A stretch of 64,000 nucleotides of DNA, taken from positions 33,108,001 to 33,172,000 of the forward strand of contig NC_043001.1 of NCBI RefSeq assembly GCF_006345805.1. Reading direction: 5' to 3'. The position numbers and the translations under genes are program-made. The DNA comes from Octopus sinensis (taxonomy: Eukaryota). Shown piece after piece: positions 53,387 through 64,000 of the stretch. The first letter of the stretch is position 1; each line of letters opens with the position of its first letter. The notes under the pieces are model-generated. The model worked only from the letters and a program-made list of their open reading frames with translations, did no database searches and was not told the origin of the DNA.

Positions 53387-54897
53387 GTTAGTTTGTTTCT
53401 GTATATATTGTGTTGTTTTCACCACCTGATATCCTATCATAGCGTGTGAGTGTTAGTTGTAAAAAGATTCGCTTGTAAAATCCTACGTTTGTAGTATTAA
53501 GTAAAACTGATTGAATTGTAGAAAGCATTGAAGCATTACTGGTTTTTACACTTCGAATCTCTATGATCTATTTTCGGTTATTTTTCAAATACTACGTACG
53601 CTAGAGTAGAATAAAACTGTTATTCACTCTTGCACAAGTGATTGAATAACTAGAAGTGTTTCCTTTTAACAGAGAATTCTTTTTTCAAGAAATATTTTTC
53701 TTTCATGGTTCTATTTACGTGACCAATTTTGAAAAAAGATAATATTGTTTTTTTTATATATATATTTGTTACTTTTGGGCCCCCAATTTAACTTATATCT
53801 ATTCTAGTGCAATCTCTTGCATTAGTAAGTGAAGCGTTGGATTTAAGAGGAGAAACTCAAGCCGAGACAAATATGTCTGACACTTGAAATCAATTGTTCG
53901 CAATGGTAGATAGCTTTTCATTACTGGTGTGATTTATGATTTCTTTGGCATTGTGTGATGTTTTAGGTCAACTGAATGATTGAAGAGAAAGGTTCAGCAT
54001 ATTCATTTGGTTATTTTTAGGGAAAATAACCCAAAAAGAAGCAATGGCATGGGGTAAGTTTTAGTATTGGTGATTTGGTGTCATGTGACTAAATGGCTAT
54101 TTATATATGTGTATGTATTTACTATTGATGCATACTTGAAACTAATACAGAGTTAGTTAACATTGATATATATGTATTATATATATATATGAGTATTGTA
54201 ATTTGGTTGAAGCATTGCTTTGTGTAAAATGATGAATTGTTTGAAAATGTTTGAAAGTACTTTTCAGCAATGCAATTGAGAGAATAAGCGAAATATGAAA
54301 GGTGATGCCAATAAATATTATAAAAGAAAAAAAGATATTTTCTGACATTAAATAGGTTGCTCAATGATCCTGCATCCTTCCAGGAAATGTTTCTCATTTC
54401 AAATAGAAGAAAGAAATTAAAGCTTTTAATCCTTGCATTTGAAAAGGGAAATATTTCCCGAAATAATACGTTTTATTTTTCATTTCATGTATTGGTATCG
54501 CCTTACATATTTTTCCTAATTTCTCACCTGTATTGCTGAAAGTTTTTTTCCAATATATATATATATATTGTGAAAAAACATAGACTCGTGGCATGTATGC
54601 TCTTTATTATTGGTCACTATGAAATGTATTGAAAGCATTTGAAATTGTTTTGAAGTCTTGTAATTTTCGTTATAATTTGATGCATGCTAACAAACACTCG
54701 AATTATGCATTCAGAAGAATATAGGACACTTTTAAAAATGTACTGAAAATATTTTAACTGCAGAAAAACCAATTTCATAAAGCAATTAATCCAACAAATG
54801 TACTTTATTTCGTTCTCTAATTTGTCTCTTCGTGCATTTTGCTAGACTCCCTCATTTAACAATACAATACACATAAACTATAATATAGAATGCATAC

Positions 54898-54937
<40 letters not shown>

Positions 54938-54939
<2 letters not shown>

Positions 54940-55313
54940 GTAGAACATCACAGTATGAGTTCACCATGGTACGAGTAATTTGCTGTACGAGCCGAGACTC
55001 GTGAGAATGTTTGCCTTGAAGTACAAGCGGCAATCCGATTTACGAGCACACAAATCGTCCTACCATTAAGATAATTCGGTTAATAAAACTAGTTACATAT
55101 TTCTTTTGCATTCTCTTTTTTATAATTGTTATTTTCTTGTAACTACACCTTTTCTGTTTTAATACCTATAAAAAATAATTTTTGAGTGGGTTTGTGGTGA
55201 TGGAACAGATTAATTATATTTTAGTTAATGTCAATGGGGAAAATTGATATGTAAACGAATAAATCGTAAGACGAGCTCGGTCATGGAACGAATTAAACTC
55301 ATACTGAGAGCTA

Positions 55314-55398
<85 letters not shown>

Positions 55399-55781
55399 TA
55401 TATGCAGTAGAACATCACAGTATGAGTTCACCATGGTACGAGTAATTTGCTGTACGAGCCGAGACTCGTGAGAATGTTTGCCTTGAAGTACAAGCGGCAA
55501 TCCGATTTACGAGCACACAAATCGTCCTACCATTAAGATAATTCGGTTAATAAAACTAGTTTACATATTTCTTTTGCATTCTCTTTTTTATAATTGTTAT
55601 TTTCTTGTAACTACACCTTTTCTGTTTTAATACCTATAAAAAATAATTTTTGAGTGGGTTTGTGGTGATGGAACAGATTAATTATATTTTAGTTAATGTC
55701 AATGGGGAAAATTGATATGTAAACGAATAAATCGTAAGACGAGCTCGGTCATGGAACGAATTAAACTCATACTGAGAGCTA

Positions 55782-55786
<5 letters not shown>
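54938..55786. mobile_element. Tigger/pogo-like MITE present as a tandem duplicate (54938-55318, 55405-55786)
   Basis: Begins cagtagaac..., with subterminal inverted match cagtatgagtt/aactcatactg. The two copies are essentially identical. Confidence 0.6.
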
Positions 55787-55866
<80 letters not shown>

Positions 55867-56170
55867 GACTGAAAAAAAATGATGAGCAGCCTTGGTCGAT
55901 TTTCGAACTTTATCAGAAGCAACCACATTATTCTGACAGTCTCCAGAGAAACACGCAGCCAATAAATGCAGCAGTTACTCTATGAAGGAGTCCCTAATTT
56001 GCATACCGAAAGTGTTTAACAATCTATAAATACCAGTGGCCTGTCAACTGGTATAGTAGTCCACACAGTATGAATGTATTATATAATAAATAGGTAACAT
56101 ATTGTATAATTACTATCAGGACAAGTTTTAGCCATTTCTCTGCAGCCTGATAAAAGGATGAACAACCTTT

Positions 56171-56214
<44 letters not shown>

Positions 56215-57593
56215 GAAAAACTACTTGAACTCTTTTCCCTAAATTACTACAATAGACACTTCCTTGCCTATATATTTCACTGCAAACAGCCATTGGCAAA
56301 TGTTCTTAGTCATTTGCCAATAGAGCAGAATAAACGTTCGGATATATAGACAATTGTAATTTTGCTTGAAACATTACGTGAATAGGTTCTGTAAAAATGC
56401 CTACATCCTCTGTAAGTTGATATTCTCCGTAAGCTCAGATCCACATAGGAACTCAACGTAATTGATAAACGGTCCATAGGGGACATAAACAATTGAGCTT
56501 TTTGTGGCAACAAAGCGATCCGAAATTAGGTTTAGTTTTGTTAGTTCTGAAACACACTACATTAAAATGTATTTGTTAACTGTAGACAAAAGTGAAAGCT
56601 TTTAACACAATTTCAAATGTGACCATGCATAACATTGATTTATGTAACAGCTTATTCTCTAAAGTGAAATCTTCCAAAATATAGATTTTAAGAAACAGTC
56701 TAAATAAATAAAACCAGGAACATGGCGGAAAAAGTGTATCATGTTTTGAAATGTTATATATATATGTGTGTTATATATATCTTGTTCTTTATGACTCAAA
56801 AAAAACTATTTCTTTTTTCTCTTTTGTTTGAAAATGGCATTTGTTGTATAACTAACAAACATCGTAAAAATTCATAAAATGGATGAAAAATGTCCTTATT
56901 ATCCACTTTGAGTTTTGTTTCTACATTTCTATTTTGTATTATCTGCTAATCCGTCTTATCTATCTAATTTACTCTTTTTGTGTCGATCTCTCTTATTCTT
57001 CTCACTGCGTATATCAACATCTTCTTTCTCTCTCACTCTGTATTAAAATATGTACAAATATGTATACATCCACAGGTGCACACGCACACACACACATGTA
57101 TATATATATATATATATTTGTAGATAGTAAGTTACTAACCCAAAGTGATTACCAGTTTGCTCTCAGGTGCCCAGAATAGGTTATTCAACAGTTAACATAT
57201 AAATCCAATAAAGTTCTTATAAGATAAGAAATTAGAGGTATAATCCGTTGCATATTTCTGAATATATTTCCTTAATCATATAGTTTTCCTGGAGTATATG
57301 ATATCAATAATAATAACAATAATAATAACAATAATAATAATAATAATAATAATAATAGTAAGGATTACAACGAAGTTGCATAGAATTACATTTAATTCTT
57401 TAATTTATATACACCTTTACAGAGACCAACACATGTTTCAACCCTACTATAAAACTGGCGCAGTTTTTCTTTAGAGTCATTAATTGATATCCTTTGATTT
57501 GACCGTTTAAAGATATTCTTTTACTTAATTGGTGTTGTATGATGTAGAGCCGTCCATTAAGTTAGACGCGAACACTCTAATTTCAGGTTTTTA

Positions 57594-58080
57594 TTGGATA
57601 ATCATTTATTGTCCATTATTTCAAAACCTCCTGTTGTTTAAGTGATTGTTGTTCATTTATACTTGGCAAATGTGAATTTCCTCATGTGCAATCCTACAGA
57701 CCTGGAACCAATAGATGTGTCCTATGTTTAGAAGAATGTTACCGAATTTTCACATCCAAGAGTAATGTAATGAATTTTAGAGGGGAATAAGCATTGAGAT
57801 TCTTGCACATAAGGAAATTTACATTTGCGAAGTATAGGTGAATAATAACCATTTAAACAATAGAACGTTTGGAAATAATGGACTATAAATGATTATCCAA
57901 TGAAAAATTGAAATGAGATTGTTTGCGACTACATCATACAACGCAGAGTAGATAAAGGTAAATCTTCAAACGGTCAAATCGAAGGATATCAAGCAAAGAC
58001 CCTGAAGAAACTGCACCAATATGCAGCTTGTATACATGACAAAAGATGGACAATATACGATAAAAGGAGTTCGTAAGTTA
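57594..58080 (+). mobile_element. Old Penelope-like 3' fragment with a 5' inverted duplication
   Basis: From 57692 it encodes SYRPGTNRCVLCLEECYRIFTSKSNVMNFRGE*ALRFLHIRKF, resembling the GIY-YIG C-terminus of the 14-kb element. Bases 57594-57691 are an inverted copy of 57803-57900. Confidence 0.6.
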
Positions 58081-58299
58081 AACACTTCGTTTCATCTTGA
58101 AATCAAAGGAAAGTTTTGGTTTTGTTAAACGAAGTTAAGGTAAAAAAAAACTTCTTGAGAAACCAAATAGTCTTTCCTTCCTTCATGCCAAGTTTGAAGA
58201 AAATACCTCTTTTGCATCTTACTTCTTTGGTCTCTTAAATATACTGCATTTTGTGGCATTATTTCAAGCCAGCTGGCTTTTTTGGTGCCAACTGCAAGT

Positions 58300-58550
58300 G
58301 CATTTTTCTCGCGTACGTGTAGTATCGATCGTAACAGCTGATGTACTTGCGCGTACAAATGTACGTTCCCACGGCCTTATCGATCGCATTCTCACCTGGA
58401 ATCGATTTTTGTAATTTTTTCAAGACTTATACACACCGTGATACCGTCGGTATCTACAGATCAAATTTGAGCGCAATCCGATGGAGGATGCCCGAGATCC
58501 TAGAAGACACACACACAGACAGACAGAACAGATTTTATATAATAGATATA
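58300..58550 (+). mobile_element. Possible DINE-1/HINE-like (Helentron-associated) 3' end
   Basis: Ends aaatttgagcgcaatccgatg...agatcctag...(CAGA)n...ttttatataatagat, a typical HINE terminus layout. Confidence 0.4.
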
Positions 58551-58910
58551 TACATACACACATACACACGTATAAATAGATATAGATATACAGATATGTA
58601 TGTATTATATATGCATATATATATGTATCTCATACAAACGTGTGTGTGTGTGTGTGTTAATATGTATTTATAAACATACCTTCTAAATTGTAGCGCTATT
58701 TTAAATAACAGCGTGGGTTTTCATTATAACACTGAAAACATACTTGCTTTAGTAGGGATATGAGTACAAATGAATGCGTTAAACTGCACAAATTCCAGAG
58801 ACTCTCTGCATTTCTCCAACCACCGGAAAACTTACGACAGCATCACACAATATGATGTTCTATATTGTGATCTAAATTAATGATAAAATCAGAAATCAAG
58901 TACAATTAAG

Positions 58911-59068
58911 ATCTAATGTTATGAAATTATGAAACACGTCAAATTAATGTTATAAAATTATGAAACAGGCTGAATGCTGTAAAATTATTGAACAGGTTAA
59001 ATTATTGTAATAAAATTTATAAATCAGTTTAAATTAATGTTATAAAATTATGAAAGAGATTAAATTAA
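58911..59068. repeat. ~30-bp AT-rich minisatellite
   Basis: About five imperfect copies of aaattaatgttataaaattatgaaacagg. Confidence 0.75.
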
Positions 59069-60185
59069 TCAATTTCAATCTGGCATACAAAAATCTGTTT
59101 ACCATGAATTCTTTTGAAATGTAGCGTGGGAAATATGAAAGTAGAGGTTATATCTAGGAAGGATTGTCCATAATACGCTACTTTCTTGTACCTTCACTGC
59201 TTTTCGAAGCACTCCTCGAAAGTTGTTATCATTTTCTTGAGATATCATGTCAATATACCTTCTTTTACTTTGATACTTTGCTTTAGATCCTGTTTGTCCA
59301 GGATAGGACTACACAGCCACAGCAGGAGATGTATTAAGACATGAAATGTAAAAGCTGGACTAGATTATTTTATGCGCAACTCCATTGTCTCCCGAGACAA
59401 AAAAGATACCAACAACAGCTTTGATACTGCACTCACAGCCAGGGCCTTTCGCCATAAATTATCCCAAGATAATCTTACAGAAAATTAATAGGGAAAATTA
59501 TTTCTGATGGTACTGGCTCTGCATTAGGGTCTTCGGACTCATTTTAGAGGTGTTTCTGTGCCAAATTATGGGCCTGTTCAATGGATAAACACTTACAGTG
59601 AGACTGTATTGATTCCATCAAATCTTCTGCGTAGACTGGCACGTCGAAACAATTTATGGCTTCTGGTACAATTCCTTATTTAAAAAATCCCAAGTGATTG
59701 TATATATGTAGCCTTAAGGTCTTCCAAACAGTTTTCATGCAGTTCTCGTTTACTTTCCTTTATCCTATACTAGTCCTCATAGATAGTTTATCTTGGCTTC
59801 GCGAGTAAAATGCTTTGATTATAAAAGCTCACGTCTTGATCAGTGGTGCGCAGTAAGGAATTGGAGTAGATAAGATGCTTCGACAGAAATGCAAATCTAA
59901 AGAGTGTTAATCCTTAGAAGTCTTTCTTGGAAAATTATGAATAATCAAAACTATACTAGCTTGAAGGTTATATTATGCACACTATATTGTTCATCACAGT
60001 GTAAAAAATTGTATTGTCATTCAGAAGTTTTTGATTTTCAAGTTACAGAGCGATGCAATTACAGTATTCTTCCCGCTGGTCGCAGTAATTATGAACGGTG
60101 TACTAGGCTAGAATTGGATTCAATATCGAGCGTTATGAAGAATCATCAATAAATAGTAGTGCTCAAGGACCTTTTTGTAGCCTTG

Positions 60186-60319
<134 letters not shown>

Positions 60320-60401
60320 CATACGCACACACAACATGTGCGTATAATCCAATGGTGACAAAACGCAACTACAATACGTACCCGAATATATTTGCGTTTA
60401 T

Positions 60402-60446
<45 letters not shown>

Positions 60447-60879
60447 TAACATCACACACAAATCCACACATACACATCAATGTATATATATATATATATA
60501 TATATGTGTGTGGTGTACTTGCATGTATGTGCTTATGTATGTAAATATTGAAATACATAAAATCCACCTCCATTGAAATTTTATGTTAACTGCCATTCAA
60601 TTGAAAGCAGAAATTCTAATACTTCGGAAGATTCACTTTCTATGTTCAAAATATTTCGCCTTTCAATTCAAACAGGTTCCTTCCAAATGATGTTAGTAAA
60701 TTGTCATCACTGGTGTATGATGTCAAATCTAACTTTATTAGTGACTATTGTTTGTTATTTTTAGTTGTCTCTTACCGATGTCTGTGCCATTTGTATACGC
60801 ACATGTCACTATTAACACACTAATCAACAACTTTCTTATAAGTATAACAGTGAATGTGGAGAACAATATTATATATCTT

Positions 60880-60882
60880 ATT

Positions 60883-60928
<46 letters not shown>

Positions 60929-61086
60929 TGTATGTATGTCGATGTATGTATGTATGTATATATATGTATGTTATATATGAGTGTATTTATGTATATGTAT
61001 GTATATGTATGTATGTATGTATATGTATATATGTATATAGTGTATATATATATATGTATTATATGTATGTATATATATATTATATG

Positions 61087-61120
<34 letters not shown>

Positions 61121-61176
61121 GTATGTATATGTATATGTATATATATGTATATATATGTATGTATATATATATTATG

Positions 61177-61231
<55 letters not shown>

Positions 61232-61432
61232 GTATATATATTATATATATGTATATATGTGTATATATATATGTGTATATATATATATGTATATATGTGT
61301 ATATATATATTGTATATATATATATGTATATATGTGTATATATGTATATATATATATGTATATATGTGTATATATATATATATGTGTGTATGTGTATATA
61401 TATGTGTATATATCTATATATATATATGTGTA

Positions 61433-61474
<42 letters not shown>

Positions 61475-61851
61475 GTGTACTTGCATGTATGTGCTTATGT
61501 ATGTAAATATTGAAATACATAAAATCCACCTCCATTGAAATTTTATGTTAACTGCCATTCAATTGAAAGCAGAAATTCTAATACTTCGGAAGATTTCACT
61601 TTCTATGTTCAAAATATTTCGCCTTTCAATTCAAACAGGTTCCTTCCAAATGATGTTAGTAAATTGTCATCACTGGTGTATGATGTCAAATCTAACTTTA
61701 TTAGTGACTATTGTTTGTTATTTTTAGTTGTCTCTTACCGATGTCTGTGCCATTTGTATACGCACATGTCACTATTAACACACTAATCAACAACTTTCTT
61801 ATAAGTATAACAGTGAATGTGGAGAACAATATTATATATCTTATTATATAT

Positions 61852-61895
<44 letters not shown>

Positions 61896-62055
61896 TGTAT
61901 GTATGTCGATGTATGTATGTATGTATATATTGTATGTATATATATGAGTGTATTTATGTATATGTATGTATATGTATGTATGTATGTATATGTATGTTAT
62001 ATATGAGTGTATATATGTATATGTATGTATATGTATGTATATATGTATATATATG

Positions 62056-62100
<45 letters not shown>

Positions 62101-62147
62101 GTATGTATATATATGTATGTATATGTATATGCATCTATATATGTATG

Positions 62148-62186
<39 letters not shown>

Positions 62187-62187
62187 G

Positions 62188-62219
<32 letters not shown>

Positions 62220-62370
62220 TATATGGTATATATATATATATGGTATATATATATATGTATATATATGTATATATTGTATGTATATATATATATGTATATA
62301 TGGTATATATGTATATATATATATGTATATATGTGTATATATATATATATATGTGTATATGTGTATATAT

Positions 62371-62406
<36 letters not shown>

Positions 62407-62417
62407 GTATATATATA

Positions 62418-62448
<31 letters not shown>

Positions 62449-63452
62449 GTATATATATATATGTATATATGTATATATGTATATATGTGTATATATATAT
62501 ATGTATATATGTGTATATATATATATATGTATATATGTATATATGTATATATGTGTATATATATATATGTATATATGTGTATATATATATATGTATATAT
62601 ATATATATGTATATATGTGTATATATATATGTTATATGTGTATATATGTATTATATGTGTATATATGTATATATGTGTATATATGTATATATATGTATGT
62701 ATATGTATATGTATATATGTGTATATATATATATGTATATATGTGTATATATATATATGTATATATATATATATGTATATATGTGTATATATATATGTAT
62801 ATATGTGTATATATGTATATATGTGTATATATGTATATATATGTATGTATATGTATATGCATCTATATATGTATGTATATATATATATATGTATATATGT
62901 GTATATATGTATATATATATATGTATATGCATCTATATGTATATGTATATGCATCTATATATATATCTGTATATCATATATATATATGTATATGCATGTA
63001 TATATATGTATGTATATATATGTATCTATATATATCTATGTATATATATGTATATGCATGTATATATATGTATGTATATATATGTATCTATATATATCTA
63101 TGTATATATATGTATATGCATGTATATATATATGTATGTATCTATATATATCTATGTATATATATGTATATATATATGTATGCATACACATATGTATGAA
63201 TAAATATATGTGTGTGTATGCATATATACATATATATGTATGCTTGTATTTATGTATGCATATATACATATATATGTATGCTTGTATTTATGTATGCATA
63301 TATACGTATATATGTATGCTTGTATTTATATATATATGTATGTATGCATATATACGTATGTATATATGTATGTATAGTTTTATGTATGTATATATATACG
63401 CATCTATGTATATACATGTATATATATATATATGTGTGTATGTATATATACA

Positions 63453-63518
<66 letters not shown>
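60880..63518. repeat. Long compound (TA)/(TATG) microsatellite interrupted by one duplicated unique block
   Basis: Direct inspection; unique block at 61468-61853. Confidence 0.95.
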
Positions 63519-63520
<2 letters not shown>

Positions 63521-63759
63521 GATGGTGCATAACTATTGCAGCTTTTTTTTCAATAAATTTGAAACAATAACAACTTGTAACAAAAACATATTTAAATTAT
63601 TATTCCAGAGCATAATCACCATCTACTTCAATTACTGCTTCTATTTGCTTCGAAAATGTCAGACTGTCTTTTAAAGTTATTTTTGTTAAATATTCTTATT
63701 GTTTTTATTGAATAAAAGTTGTTGAAAGAAAACCGTAATAATTATGCACTAATGCAATA
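63516..63759. mobile_element. Mariner-derived MITE
   Basis: Imperfect TIRs (tatgggatggtgcataactattgcagctttt / aaaaccgtaataattatgcactaatgcaata). The internal minus strand encodes a transposase C-terminus, ..EAVIEVDGDYALE*. Confidence 0.7.
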
Positions 63760-64000
63760 TGTCTCTATGTATATATGTATGTATGTACGTACGTATGTAT
63801 ATATGTATGTATATATGCATGCATATGTGTATGCATTTATGAATGCATATATGAATGCAAGATGGTTGTGAAGACAGCTCAGAATATCAGGTAAATACCC
63901 TTAGAAGACGGACGAAATTGGCCAGCAGTCTTCTACAGAGAATCGAACTCTGCAACTCTCAAATTCCGCACTATATATACGCTTGCGGGCCACTTGTTTC

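Noticed and set aside
54021-54053. 33-nt phase 1-1 micro-exon candidate (tttttag|GKITQKEAMAW|gtaagt)
   Set aside because: The splice signals are good, but the peptide does not continue the Ig6 fold and such matches arise by chance in 25 kb of AT-rich intron. It needs RNA evidence.
57990-58040. CTGAAGA followed by a CTGC/GCAG stem downstream of the Penelope relic
   Set aside because: No GAAA or stem I partner; it is in a plausible position but too decayed to call.
61701-63570. Long ORFs of 398-540 aa (and similar ones at 7-8 kb, 27 kb, 39 kb, 44 kb)
   Set aside because: These are translations of (TA)/(TATG) microsatellites (YI/MY/VC repeats) that happen to lack stops; they are not genes.

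Overview
This is very AT-rich eukaryotic DNA dense in (TA)n/(TATG)n/(GATA)n tracts and tRNA-derived SINEs. The repeat families look like octopus (coleoid cephalopod) ones; this is recognition, not a database result. The only host gene I can support is a Dscam-like Ig-superfamily gene on the + strand. Six exons (25087-38226), all AG/GT-bounded and phase 1-1, splice into one open frame of 424 codons covering Dscam Ig2, Ig3, Ig4, Ig5 and the first half of Ig6. I found no Ig1 exon upstream, no exon for the second half of Ig6 downstream, and no arrays of duplicated variant exons. A weak signal-peptide exon candidate lies at 13398-13500. The introns hold a young but disrupted Penelope-like element (RT + GIY-YIG) with ~0.8-kb inverted terminal repeats. 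They also hold several smaller fold-back elements, mariner/Tc1/pogo/hAT relics, a CR1-type LINE tail and many SINEs. The most notable observation is four distinct families (about ten copies) of minimal type-I hammerhead-ribozyme-like motifs. Most sit in palindromic Penelope-type insertions, including a multi-copy element with 126-bp inverted arms that carries a hammerhead in its loop. Nearly all ORFs in the supplied track are microsatellite translation artefacts.
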